Positions 38,470-48,246 of a stretch of 64,000 nucleotides of DNA are shown here, piece after piece (within the stretch, counting starts at the first letter, position 1; each line of letters begins with the position of its first letter). The notes beneath the pieces were generated by a model, which saw only the letters and a list, made by a program, of their open reading frames with translations, ran no database searches and was not told the DNA's origin. The translations under genes and the position numbers were made by a program. The stretch covers positions 38,444-102,443 of the forward strand of contig JALHYA010000008.1 in assembly GCA_022868165.1 (NCBI GenBank). Reading direction: 5' to 3'. Source of the stretch: Patescibacteria group bacterium. GTDB taxonomy: Bacteria; Patescibacteriota; Microgenomatia; UBA8517.

Positions 38470-39494
38470 TCCCCAACAACTTTCCTATATACCTTGACCG
38501 TTTCCTTGGCAGTTTTATCCCAGGAGAAATCTTTTATTCTTCTAAGGCCTTTTTCTATCAGTTCTTCTCTCAAATTTCTGTTCTCGATAACTCTTTTTAT
38601 GCCTGCCGCAATATCTTTGGGATTTCCAGGGTCAACAAAAATCGCTGCATCATCTCCAATCTCGACCAGCGCTTGCGTTTTTGATGCCACCACCGGAACT
38701 CCACAGGCAAAGGCCTGGACAACCGGCAAACCGAAGCCTTCATAAAATGATGGCTGGCAATAAACAGTCGCGAGGTTGATTATTTTTACCAAATCTTCAT
38801 CGGGAACATAACCCAAGCGTAATGAGTGACTTAAGATTAAAGATTTATGAGTTAAGAGATGGGAAAGTTCGGGGTGAATTAAACTCATCTTCTCCAAATC
38901 CGCGGCTTGCTTACCGACTATGACAAGGGGTGTATTAATAATCTTGCAGGCTTCAACCAAAGCGGGGATGTTTTTGTTGTAGTTGATGTCGCCAACATAG
39001 AGAACAAAGCGCTCGGGTAAACCGTAGCGCTTTACAACATCCGACATCCAGCTTCCCACCTCCAACTTCCTGAACATTTCGCCGGCTGCCTCGTAGGTAA
39101 CGAAAATTTTCTCGGCAGGGATTCCTAGAAATCTAACAATATCTTTCTTGGAGGTCTCCGAAACCGTAATTATTGCATCGGCTTTCTTAACTGCATTTTT
39201 TTGAATCCGATAGCGGATTGCCCCTTTTAGTCCGGACGGATACTGCTTCGGATAAATAAGCGGTATAAGGTCATGAATTGTAACTATGGTTTTGACATTA
39301 TTATTGACAGGAAGCGTTAAAAAGAAAGGATTGAAATACGGATAGTGGATTATGTCAAAATCTTTCTCGACCAATTCTATTTCTTTAAGTTTTTCTAAGT
39401 GGGATATCAGTTGTGACGTATAAAATCCCACTCCCCTTACAACATCTCCGGAAATCAACGGCTTCGTGTCAACCTTAACTTTTATTTTGTTCAT
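38466..39494 (-). CDS. GT4 glycosyltransferase (MtfB/WbaZ-like)
   Basis: RGVGFY, TIHDLIP, VSETSK, KN, PSFYEGFGLP and FSW motifs. Confidence 0.9.
   Translation of the reverse strand: MNKIKVKVDTKPLISGDVVRGVGFYTSQLISHLEKLKEIELVEKDFDIIHYPYFNPFFLTLPVNNNVKTIVTIHDLIPLIYPKQYPSGLKGAIRYRIQKNAVKKADAIITVSETSKKDIVRFLGIPAEKIFVTYEAAGEMFRKLEVGSWMSDVVKRYGLPERFVLYVGDINYNKNIPALVEACKIINTPLVIVGKQAADLEKMSLIHPELSHLLTHKSLILSHSLRLGYVPDEDLVKIINLATVYCQPSFYEGFGLPVVQAFACGVPVVASKTQALVEIGDDAAIFVDPGNPKDIAAGIKRVIENRNLREELIEKGLRRIKDFSWDKTAKETVKVYRKVVGE
38826..38860 (+). repeat. Degenerate 7-nt tandem array inside CDS
   Basis: gtgactt aagatta aagattt atgagtt aagagat; encodes HLLTHKSLILSH. Confidence 0.45.
39036..39070 (+). 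repeat. 7-nt tandem array inside CDS
   Basis: aacatcc gacatcc agcttcc cacctcc aacttcc; encodes RKLEVGSWMSDV. Confidence 0.7.
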
Positions 39495-40288
39495 TTCCAG
39501 TTAATCAATTTGTTTTTAACCGAAGGATTGTTGAGTATTTGCCAATATTTAAAATAAGCAATTGGAAAATGTAGTCCGGAGAAAAGATCGAAAACAAATC
39601 CATACATTCCGTCCCTAATACCTCTATGCCTAATAAGAAGCATCACAAATGTCCATAGGGGCTTCGCCGTTGACCACCAAAACAAATGGAATACATCGAC
39701 TGGATATTTTTTATTTTCAAGCTCTAGGGCAGTAAGAGTTGTGTAACGATTCGCGTTTACCAGATACTTATTGAAAGTCGGTGCCGTATGGTGCTCCATC
39801 GGGTTCTCCAGCGTTCCGACGGAGCCATCTATTTGAGCTTGCTCGTGAACGCTGACTTGAGGAAGGTGACCCTTTCCTCTTCTGAATAGTCTGATTGTAG
39901 AATCCGGCCACATCCCGCTTCCTTTCATCCAGTGACCCAAAAAGTAATTTTTTCTTTTTATCCAAAACCCGTTATTTTTTTCTTTTGGGCTTTCAACAAC
40001 TTTTCGAATTTCGTTAGCAAGTGCGGGAATAACTCTCTCGTCGGCATCGAGCTGTAATATCCAATCCCCCGTTGCCGAATCAATCGCCTTTTGTTTTGTA
40101 ATGTGGAAAAGCGGTTCATGCTTAACCTTAAAAACCTTTGCACCCAGACTTTCCGCTATTTCTCGAGTTTTGTCCGTTGAAGATTCATCAAAAACGATTA
40201 TCTCGTCGACAATCTCCTTAACCGACCTCAAACATTCGGCTATATTTTTCTCCTCGTTAAAAGTGGCAAGAACAACTGAGAGTTTCAT
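39491..40288 (-). CDS. GT2 glycosyltransferase (LgtF/KdtX beta-1,4-glucosyltransferase-like)
   Basis: ATFNEE, SSTDKT, QLDADE, WPD..RLFR and VHE motifs. Confidence 0.87.
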   Translation of the reverse strand: MKLSVVLATFNEEKNIAECLRSVKEIVDEIIVFDESSTDKTREIAESLGAKVFKVKHEPLFHITKQKAIDSATGDWILQLDADERVIPALANEIRKVVESPKEKNNGFWIKRKNYFLGHWMKGSGMWPDSTIRLFRRGKGHLPQVSVHEQAQIDGSVGTLENPMEHHTAPTFNKYLVNANRYTTLTALELENKKYPVDVFHLFWWSTAKPLWTFVMLLIRHRGIRDGMYGFVFDLFSGLHFPIAYFKYWQILNNPSVKNKLINWK

Positions 40289-41550
40289 ATTAGTTTTGCT
40301 ACCCGCTCACCCAATTCTATCGCAAAATTTGAACCTCTATCCCATGGGTGAATTTGCTGCATATTGGCGATATAAAGACCTTTAATGGGACTTTCCAACG
40401 AAGGCATTTTTTGGGAATAATTAAGCGGAGCTATCGGCTGGGCAAAAAATGCTGGAAACTTGTATGCCTTCTTAATCCAAGACTTATCAAAGTCCGGACT
40501 TATCTTTTTGAGATGTGGAGTAAATTCCTCTATCAGCTGCTCTGTGGAATAATCAAAAAACGGATGAGTCGGCTCCAAATAATTACCGACATAAAGAAGT
40601 CTTTCTCCATCATAATATTTTGGGTCCATGAAATTCGTGTGCTCTACTACTGCCAAAAACGGCATTTTGTCGTTAACGTTAAGCCAGTAGGTCCCGTCTT
40701 TGAAAAATTGTTGCTTAAGTGAAAGGAGTAAATTAAATGCCGCTATTCCTTTTAAACTTAAGAGCTTCTTTTTGTATAAATCCGGTAATTGTGATGTCAG
40801 TTTAACGAAGTAAAGAAAAGGCAAGGTGCAAATAACCTTATCAAAGATATATTCCCCCTTTTTGGTCTTTACGGTCAAGTTTCCACCCTTTTTAATAATA
40901 TTTTCAACCCGGGTGTCGTAATATATTTTTGCCTTGTTTGTTTCTAGTATTTTTTTCTCGAGAGCGTCTACATATGCCTGAAAACCCCCTTCGGGGTAAA
41001 CCAAGGTTGCACTTCTTTTTTTAATTCTTGCCCAAAACCATGAGGCCGGAATATCTTTGGCATATTTACCGAATTTAGACCTAAAAAGAGGCTCCCATAG
41101 AACTTTCCATGATTTATTTCCCATCGTTTTTCTTAAAAATTTTTCCGCCTTAACTCCTTCAAGAGATTTCCACGAAGAAAAATACCTTAAATAGGCAATA
41201 ACAACACCGGTTCTAATCCTATCGATCACTGAAAGGTGGGGAAACTTCAAAAGTTTTATCGGAGAATCAATTTGATAAACTTTGCCTTTATAAAGGGTGG
41301 ATGTTTGGGCGCGCTCAAAAATAAGTTTAACTCCAATCCTTTCGGCGAGGCTGCGTATCGGCCAGTCTGACGTAAACCAATGGTGATAATGTTTTTCGAT
41401 TGTCCATATCCAATTCGACTCTTTAAAGCCAAGGGCCAGCCCTCCGGGTTTTGAGTCCGCCTCAAAGACGGTAACATCCATTCCCTTTTGGGTTAATTTC
41501 TCTGCGGCCGCAAGGCCTGTAAATCCTGCTCCGATTATTCCTACTTTCAT
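40285..41550 (-). CDS. FAD-dependent oxidoreductase (amine oxidase/protoporphyrinogen oxidase-like fold, glycan-locus type)
   Basis: IIGAGFTGL, FEA...PGGLA, YHHWF, YW, EHTNF, AQP and DRG motifs. Confidence 0.78.
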   Translation of the reverse strand: MKVGIIGAGFTGLAAAEKLTQKGMDVTVFEADSKPGGLALGFKESNWIWTIEKHYHHWFTSDWPIRSLAERIGVKLIFERAQTSTLYKGKVYQIDSPIKLLKFPHLSVIDRIRTGVVIAYLRYFSSWKSLEGVKAEKFLRKTMGNKSWKVLWEPLFRSKFGKYAKDIPASWFWARIKKRSATLVYPEGGFQAYVDALEKKILETNKAKIYYDTRVENIIKKGGNLTVKTKKGEYIFDKVICTLPFLYFVKLTSQLPDLYKKKLLSLKGIAAFNLLLSLKQQFFKDGTYWLNVNDKMPFLAVVEHTNFMDPKYYDGERLLYVGNYLEPTHPFFDYSTEQLIEEFTPHLKKISPDFDKSWIKKAYKFPAFFAQPIAPLNYSQKMPSLESPIKGLYIANMQQIHPWDRGSNFAIELGERVAKLI

Positions 41551-41553
41551 TTT

Positions 41554-43209
41554 TTAGTTTGCGACTATCTCGAAATATATGTATCCGTTTTCACCATAAA
41601 TTTTCTTGACTATATTCGCCTCATTCGGAATTTCGTCGGGGGTTCCAATTATCATGCTATTCGGGTTTCCGGTCTGAATTTTAGCAAAATCGATGGGCTC
41701 AAAGTAATATTTGCCGAAATTTCGCACAGTTGAGAACCCGTACTTATCCCTTGGAATCAGGGTGTGCTCTTTTTGGAACTGCGCCGGAGGATACTTCATG
41801 GAATAACCGTCTACGCCGTAGAAAAGAAAAAGAATGTATGGCTGGTCGTATCGGTCGGTAATAAATACCTTTTGATATTTGAACTGATTTGCTTCGACAT
41901 ATGAGACCAATTCTTTTACTCCGTACTGTGAAGAAAACGGATATTCTTTTGCAATATGGACGTAATACATGTGTAAGTATCGCGTGAGAGACCACGCGAT
42001 TACAATGATCAATGACCAATGGCCAATGGCCAATAAAGATTTTCTTTGTCGTTTTAGCCAATCCAGAATTGTAATAAGACCGAAGGAAGAGATAATAACC
42101 AAAGGTATAACCATATTTTGTGCCCTCAAGGCAGAGGGAGACTGAAAGGTTAGGGCTGATGCCAATGGGGCGATAATCAACCAAAGCAACACTACTCCCC
42201 ATCCCTTGGAGTTTTTGACGACTGCCATAAGTCCGGCGGCCAAAAACAAAATATCGAAAAGATACATTTGCCCCGTTTCCGGTACTTTATTTCTTTGAAC
42301 GCTGTCTCCCGTCATAAACAAAAATTCTCCGTCGAAGTGTTTTGCCCAATTTCCCAAAAACGCCAGGCCATAATTAACCGCTTTGTTATGATAAACTTTT
42401 GCCACCAAGCTGGTAAAATCACCGTGTTCCCCTCTTTGCTCATTGATTCTAGACAGGGGTCCGGGATCTGCAAAAAGTCCAACTCCTGCTATCCTGGAAA
42501 GCACGGCTGTTCCCGTCAAATCCTTAGCCAAAGGCACCAACAAAAGAATTAAGAATAAGGAATTAAGAATTAAGAACTTAATATTCTGTTTCTTAAATAA
42601 TACCTTTCGATAAATAATTACCAATCCCAATCCTAAAAGCGGGGCAACTATCCTTGCTGCGTGGTAGGCATATAAAGATAGAGCAAATGCAATAACGGAG
42701 AGCGCAAAATATAGAATAACCCACTTCGTGGTAGAATTTTTTAGTCCCTTTAAGAAAAGCCAAACACCCAGAACTATTAGAAACGTTGCCGTATTTACTT
42801 CCCAGCCGCCCCGGGAAAACTGCAAGTGCCATGGACTAATTGCCAGAAAGAAACTTGATGCCAGCGCAAGCCTTTCGTCATCAAACAGCTCTTTTATCAA
42901 AAAGTACAAGATAACTACCGTCAAAACTCCTAAGGCTGCCCCGGGAATTCTAACCGACCAAACATTAAGACCGAAAAATTTTACAAACGGAAGAACCACG
43001 TAGAAGTAAAGTCCGGGTTTGTAATCGTTGAAAGATTGAAAATGAATGGGCCAAGAATTCCCGTGTTCATCCATTCCTGTTTGTATCAGGGAATAGACGT
43101 TATACCCTATTGCCGCCTCATCCGCATTAAGAGCCGGATAATCTCCAAGGCGGTAAAACCTTAAGATAAAGGCAAGCAAAATAATCGCCAAAAGAATAAA
43201 TTTCTTCAT
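41554..43209 (-). CDS. GT-C glycosyltransferase (PMT_2/GT83-like) paralog
   Basis: LNADEAAIGYN...TGMDEHG...SFNDYKPG, SR..WE and QYG motifs. Confidence 0.8.
   Translation of the reverse strand: MKKFILLAIILLAFILRFYRLGDYPALNADEAAIGYNVYSLIQTGMDEHGNSWPIHFQSFNDYKPGLYFYVVLPFVKFFGLNVWSVRIPGAALGVLTVVILYFLIKELFDDERLALASSFFLAISPWHLQFSRGGWEVNTATFLIVLGVWLFLKGLKNSTTKWVILYFALSVIAFALSLYAYHAARIVAPLLGLGLVIIYRKVLFKKQNIKFLILNSLFLILLLVPLAKDLTGTAVLSRIAGVGLFADPGPLSRINEQRGEHGDFTSLVAKVYHNKAVNYGLAFLGNWAKHFDGEFLFMTGDSVQRNKVPETGQMYLFDILFLAAGLMAVVKNSKGWGVVLLWLIIAPLASALTFQSPSALRAQNMVIPLVIISSFGLITILDWLKRQRKSLLAIGHWSLIIVIAWSLTRYLHMYYVHIAKEYPFSSQYGVKELVSYVEANQFKYQKVFITDRYDQPYILFLFYGVDGYSMKYPPAQFQKEHTLIPRDKYGFSTVRNFGKYYFEPIDFAKIQTGNPNSMIIGTPDEIPNEANIVKKIYGENGYIYFEIVAN
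42003..42037 (+). repeat. 7-nt tandem array inside CDS
   Basis: caatgat caatgac caatggc caatggc caataaa; encodes LLAIGHWSLIIV. Confidence 0.8.
42544..42578 (+). repeat. 7-nt tandem array inside CDS
   Basis: aagaatt aagaata aggaatt aagaatt aagaact; encodes KFLILNSLFLIL. Confidence 0.8.
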
Positions 43210-43233
43210 AACTTCATAAGTTTCAAGCTTTGC

Positions 43234-44895
43234 TTATTTCACCTCCACTATTCTAAAAGCAACTGTACCATCGAGATATCTTATTTCTTTTATTGGCTTT
43301 ACAAAGTTTGAATTATTGGCATCTTCGGACGGAATAATGATGGGATCAGCAACAACTAATGTTCCGTGCTCTTTTTTATTAATCGGCCAATCTATTGCCG
43401 TGAACTGAATATTATCAAGTTTGGTGTGATATCCTACGTCAGCTACGTTTTCGCTGGGGACAAGCTCAGCCGTTTTTTGATATTTGGCGGGGTCGTACCG
43501 CTGAAAAAACAAAAAATAAATATAGGGCTGTGCAAACGATTGCTGTACTTTTATGGTCTTATACTGCGACTGGATTGAGGTAACCGTTTGGACTATTTGT
43601 TTGTAGCCATAATCCCAATATTGAGAGTTATGCTTCAGTTGATGGACAAAATATTCTTCTAAGAAATAAGAATAGTTAATCAAATAAATAAAAACAAAAA
43701 GACCCAAGAGCCATTTTTTCCATTTGAAAAGTTGGGTTAACCCTACTGCCGACATTATTATCAGAGGAACAGCGAGAGCGAATGCGCGAACGGAGTGGAC
43801 CTCGTTGCGAGATAAAGCTGCCGGAAGGGGTGCCAGAACCATCCATAGGAATACAAACAGAACTTCTTTCTTTACTCCCATGCGAACAAGGCCAATAAAT
43901 CCGGCAATTAGAAGAATTAAATCCGCAAAAATAAATACGCCGACATAGGGAGCCGATTGCCTCGGATTGGACCAGTCGCCCTCAAAAAACAGGAACCTTC
44001 CTGAAAAATGATTAAACCACCTACCCAGAATTGCTCTCTTAAAATTTAGCGTTTCCGAATGGAAAATATAATAGGAAAGACTGCCGATTTTTTCGTTTCC
44101 TTCCGACAAAAAAGCCGTGAGAGATTCTGTTGTCCTCGGGTAGGAAAAAATACTAAAGACGTTAAGTCTGCCTGTTTCTCCTCGAAAAAGACTGATGAAA
44201 ATAGGAATTGCTATTACGATTCCTATGAGGACCGAAGCTCCAAGTATTTTCTTGGATGCAGAAAATATTTCGCGCCAATAAAGTAAAAGCAAAATTATCA
44301 CTACAATCCCTGTCGCCAGTTTTGCCCCTTGGTAAGCAAGAAGGGTTAGAGAAAAGAAAATCGAGGATAAAATCAAGAACTTTGGTTTTTCCAAAAATTT
44401 CAGGAAGAAGTAAATTCCTGCCAAAGTAAGGGTGAGGGCTATATTTGCTTCCCATGCCCCACGAGACAGATATAGAAACCAGGGGTTGATGGCCGCAAGG
44501 AATGCGGCACAGATGGCCAGTAACTTATTATTAGCAAATAGTTTTGAAACGATAAGATATATAAGGAAAACCGAAAAAATACCTGCAAGGGCGCTGGGAA
44601 ATCTGGTAGCAAACTCCGTCAAACCAAAAACGGCTACCGGAGGAACAGTTAAATAAACATAAAGTCCGGGTTTATAATCGCCGAAGGATTTGAAAATAAC
44701 CGGCAAAAACTTTCCGTATTCGTCTCTTCCGGTTTTTATTATCGAGAAAGCGTTATAGCCCAATGCCGCTTCGTCCGCGTCAAGCGAGGGAGGATTGGAA
44801 CCCAAGTTCCAAAAACGCAATATTGCGGCCAAGAGAAAAATTATAGTTAATGGCCAATGGCTAATGGCTAATTTTCTAATTTGCATATATTTCAA
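43234..44895 (-). CDS. GT-C glycosyltransferase (PMT_2/GT83-like) paralog
   Basis: LDADEAALGYN...TGRDEYG...SFGDYKPG, SRGAWE and WDYGYK motifs. Confidence 0.8.
   Translation of the reverse strand: MKYMQIRKLAISHWPLTIIFLLAAILRFWNLGSNPPSLDADEAALGYNAFSIIKTGRDEYGKFLPVIFKSFGDYKPGLYVYLTVPPVAVFGLTEFATRFPSALAGIFSVFLIYLIVSKLFANNKLLAICAAFLAAINPWFLYLSRGAWEANIALTLTLAGIYFFLKFLEKPKFLILSSIFFSLTLLAYQGAKLATGIVVIILLLLYWREIFSASKKILGASVLIGIVIAIPIFISLFRGETGRLNVFSIFSYPRTTESLTAFLSEGNEKIGSLSYYIFHSETLNFKRAILGRWFNHFSGRFLFFEGDWSNPRQSAPYVGVFIFADLILLIAGFIGLVRMGVKKEVLFVFLWMVLAPLPAALSRNEVHSVRAFALAVPLIIMSAVGLTQLFKWKKWLLGLFVFIYLINYSYFLEEYFVHQLKHNSQYWDYGYKQIVQTVTSIQSQYKTIKVQQSFAQPYIYFLFFQRYDPAKYQKTAELVPSENVADVGYHTKLDNIQFTAIDWPINKKEHGTLVVADPIIIPSEDANNSNFVKPIKEIRYLDGTVAFRIVEVK
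44842..44876 (+). repeat. 7-nt tandem array inside CDS N-terminus
   Basis: tatagtt aatggcc aatggct aatggct aattttc; encodes RKLAISHWPLTI. Confidence 0.7.
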
Positions 44896-46564
44896 AAGCA
44901 GGATTTCCGTCCAAAAACTTAATTGTTTCCAATTTCTTCCACTCCGAAGGGTAATTTCCGGGACCGGTTATCAATAAACATTTGGAAATTGTGCAATCCA
45001 CACTGCCTTTGCTTTCCAGAACAAATGTTTGTCCACTTTTGGGAATCTGCCAATCATTCACAAAATAAAACTTATCGAGCCTGTCTACCCAATACCAACC
45101 GGACTGGAAAAATCTTATCGCACTGGAGTCATTTTGATATTTGGCCGGGTCCCAGGGCCAATAGAAGAGGAAAAATTCGTGCGGCTCCCCGTATTTTTTG
45201 GTAACAATTATCTTGTCGTACTTGGAATAGTTTGCCTTGGTGTATTCGACAGCCTGTCTATATCCATACTGCCAGGACCACGAATAAGTTCGCGGATACT
45301 TTATAAAGTAGTTGATAAGATAGCTTTCGGCAAAAAAGTATATACCGATTAAGTAAAGCGCAACTAATATGCTCTTATATTTTCCGGCAGTTTTTTTGTT
45401 TAAATAATCAAAAACAAAAAATGCGCCAAGTGCCGATAAAATTTGTGGCAATGGCAGCATTGTCGAAATCCTGGTCACGGCAAAGTGCTCATTGGTAATA
45501 GCTCCCGGTATCGGACTTAATAGAAGCCAAACTAAAATAAATTGATAATCCGTAGAATCTTTCGCTCGTTTAAGAAGTATTAAGAGTCCCAGATAAAAAA
45601 ACGGCAAGTTGATTAAATAAGAAAGCCCAAAACCCGGAAGGCTATATTGATATTGAGTTCCCCCGTTTAGAAAAAGGAATTTTGGCGAGAAATATTCAAG
45701 ATAATTCTTTGTAAATTGAGAAGCGAAATAGGTTGGACGGTTATAAACAACTTTTGAAATTAAAACGGGGAGTTTTGAATTATTTCTATTCTCGATAATT
45801 TTATTTACCGCTGATTGATTTATTATAAAAAGCCACTGGCCTCTGGCTCTGGAGCTGGGTTCCAATATTATTGCGGCGGCCAACACAAGGAACGACAAAA
45901 CCACAGATATCAAAAGAGCAAACAAAAATCCACCCTTTTTAAATAACGACTTAAAATCTTGACGATAAATAATAACCGCGGCAACCAAAATCATCGGAGA
46001 GAAAATTCTTGTTGAATGATAAGCAAAGAGCGACAAAAAGAGCGAAACAAGCGACAAGGGCAAAAGATATTTGCTTTTATGCCAATTGAAAAATGCTGCC
46101 ATAGCTGTAACAAGAAGAAAAATGGAAACGTTTTGTTGAAGCACAATTCGTGAGGTAAACAACGTCCATGGCTCAACTGCAACCAAAAAAGATGCCAATA
46201 AAGCCAGCCCCCGCCGCTTCGTTAATCCTAACGCCAGGAAGTATGTTGCGACTACTGTTAATACGCCCAATATCACATGAGGAAAACGAATCGAAAATGC
46301 GTTTAGCCCAAAAACTACAATCGATGGAATCGTAATATATAAATTTAAAGGTAGAGGATAATCTCCATAAGCCCGAAAGTTTACTAAAGGAAATTTCTGT
46401 CCCCATTGATCGGCACCAGTCTTTAATATCGAATAAGCGTTATAACCGTGCGAAATCTCGTCCCAATTAAGCGCTGGTGGAAATTTATCCAGGTAAGCAA
46501 ATCTGAGAGCAAAGGCAAGAATAACAGTAAAAACAAATAAGGCCAAATATTTATATTTCGTCAT
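44876..46564 (-). CDS. GT-C glycosyltransferase (PMT_2/GT83-like) paralog
   Basis: LNWDEISHGYNAYS..TGADQWG..YGDY and WQYGY motifs. Confidence 0.8.
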   Translation of the reverse strand: MTKYKYLALFVFTVILAFALRFAYLDKFPPALNWDEISHGYNAYSILKTGADQWGQKFPLVNFRAYGDYPLPLNLYITIPSIVVFGLNAFSIRFPHVILGVLTVVATYFLALGLTKRRGLALLASFLVAVEPWTLFTSRIVLQQNVSIFLLVTAMAAFFNWHKSKYLLPLSLVSLFLSLFAYHSTRIFSPMILVAAVIIYRQDFKSLFKKGGFLFALLISVVLSFLVLAAAIILEPSSRARGQWLFIINQSAVNKIIENRNNSKLPVLISKVVYNRPTYFASQFTKNYLEYFSPKFLFLNGGTQYQYSLPGFGLSYLINLPFFYLGLLILLKRAKDSTDYQFILVWLLLSPIPGAITNEHFAVTRISTMLPLPQILSALGAFFVFDYLNKKTAGKYKSILVALYLIGIYFFAESYLINYFIKYPRTYSWSWQYGYRQAVEYTKANYSKYDKIIVTKKYGEPHEFFLFYWPWDPAKYQNDSSAIRFFQSGWYWVDRLDKFYFVNDWQIPKSGQTFVLESKGSVDCTISKCLLITGPGNYPSEWKKLETIKFLDGNPAFEIYAN

Positions 46565-48246
46565 TAATTAGTCTTTTTCTTTCCGTTAAAAACAATCGTT
46601 CCCAAAATAATTGCGGCAGATAAAATGCTTAATATATCCGAAGCTTTTCTTGGCGGAGTTTCTCTCCAAAAAACATTGATTTGGGATTTTCCACCCGAAA
46701 CCTCAATGCCTATATCTCCATGGGGCTCGAGAACTTTGGTTGATAAAGATATACCGTTAACCGTTACATACCATCCGGGAAAAGAGTAGGAATGAAACTC
46801 GACTGTTCCCTTTCCTTCTACTGTCGCAGAATAGCTCACCAAAGAATTTTCTCGAATATCGTCTATTTTTACGTCCTTCGAGGTAAACTTTGCGGAAGGA
46901 AGAGAGTCCGGCCTTTTTTGCACAGCCAGCGGTAGAAGAAGATAATCTTCGCTATAATTTTTGTATTCAGGAGAAAGCTCACTGGCCATACCCACGGTTG
47001 TATTTCTTGCAAAAAATCTTTTGAGAAAATAATTATCATCGGGATAGTAATAACCGCTTGGCTTGAAATAGGAAAAATTAATCGCGATTACCAAAGCCGA
47101 GAGGCCAATAGTCAGTTCTTTTCGATATTTTTTGACAGAATCAAAGAAAATTACGAAAGCGGAGGTTAGAAAAGTGGTAAGCATCAAAAGTCGCCAGGGA
47201 AACTGAATATATGTGGATAGAGAAAATACCTTCCATAAAAAGTTCGACCTTATATTCATTAGGAAGAGGGTGAACAAAACGCTTGCGGCAATAAAGATGT
47301 AAAAAAGTCTTTTTTCTTTAGACAATTTTTTAATCATAAATATACTCAAAATAATTAAGACCCAATTTATAATTCCTACCTGGAAGGAAATGTCGTCGTT
47401 GGGTCCAGGAAGCGAAGCTCCATAACGGAAAGGAGAATATATAAGCTGTTTGATAAAGGGAAAGTGATCGATGTAATTGAAAGGTGTTTGGGGATTGAGA
47501 AGGTTTTTTTCAAAAAATGCAGGGATTACGAAAAAGGCAGCACTGAAAAAGCCCAGTACCATTCCGATACCTGCCCTGACAAGACTAACAAAAGATTTTG
47601 AATTTATCGCTAGAACAATTGCATAAATTACGGCAATTGGTAAAAACATGATGGCCGAAAGATTGTGGGTAATGAGAAGGACTCCCGTAACCAATCCTAA
47701 AAAGCCTATCGACCTTAACTTTTTCTCTCCAAAAACTTTATTAATCGTCCAGAGAAGAAGTGGAAAAATGGTAAACGATAGTGCCTCTCCGATGGCACCG
47801 CGAACATACAAATCAACAGCACGGTATGGCGTAAAAATGTATAGAATACTTCCTAAAAGTGCAGCCCAAGTATCGGTGTGCTTCCTCAACCACATATACA
47901 TAAAAATTCCGGAAAGAGGAATCGAAACCAGAAAAACCATCTTTAAAGAAAAAATCAAGGAGTGACTGAAAAAGTAAACCAACGACCCGAGATAAAACGG
48001 AAAAACATAATAGAAGTTAAAAAGCGGGTATCCATACTCATAGCTCATATCGGGAACCCATCGTGGGGGAATTTGGCCTGATGAAATCGCCCTTATCATT
48101 TCGTAGAGGTCTGCTATGTGCGGCTCGTCGGAGAAATGAAAAAAACCGCTTCTTAAAAGAGGGATAGAGGCCAAAAGGCTGGCCACAAGAATAGCGACTA
48201 TAAAAAACCACTTACTTCTTGTTAATTTTGTCCAATATTGCTTCAT
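46564..48246 (-). CDS. GT-C membrane protein, 'PTPS-related'/YfhO-like family
   Basis: GQIPPRWVPD...YGYPLFNFY, PYRAVDLYVRGAIGE, QFPWR and FPGW motifs with a C-terminal beta domain. Confidence 0.75.
   Translation of the reverse strand: MKQYWTKLTRSKWFFIVAILVASLLASIPLLRSGFFHFSDEPHIADLYEMIRAISSGQIPPRWVPDMSYEYGYPLFNFYYVFPFYLGSLVYFFSHSLIFSLKMVFLVSIPLSGIFMYMWLRKHTDTWAALLGSILYIFTPYRAVDLYVRGAIGEALSFTIFPLLLWTINKVFGEKKLRSIGFLGLVTGVLLITHNLSAIMFLPIAVIYAIVLAINSKSFVSLVRAGIGMVLGFFSAAFFVIPAFFEKNLLNPQTPFNYIDHFPFIKQLIYSPFRYGASLPGPNDDISFQVGIINWVLIILSIFMIKKLSKEKRLFYIFIAASVLFTLFLMNIRSNFLWKVFSLSTYIQFPWRLLMLTTFLTSAFVIFFDSVKKYRKELTIGLSALVIAINFSYFKPSGYYYPDDNYFLKRFFARNTTVGMASELSPEYKNYSEDYLLLPLAVQKRPDSLPSAKFTSKDVKIDDIRENSLVSYSATVEGKGTVEFHSYSFPGWYVTVNGISLSTKVLEPHGDIGIEVSGGKSQINVFWRETPPRKASDILSILSAAIILGTIVFNGKKKTN

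Noticed and set aside
43204-43219. CTTCATAA x2 at a gene junction, and 2-unit heptamer-like bits near 37843 and 58090
   Set aside because: They are too short to distinguish from chance in AT-rich DNA.
34440-44876. Heptamer arrays as CRISPR, or as classical phase-variation tracts
   Set aside because: There is no repeat-spacer structure and no cas gene. Units are imperfect and all host ORFs are in frame, so active slippage switching is not supported.
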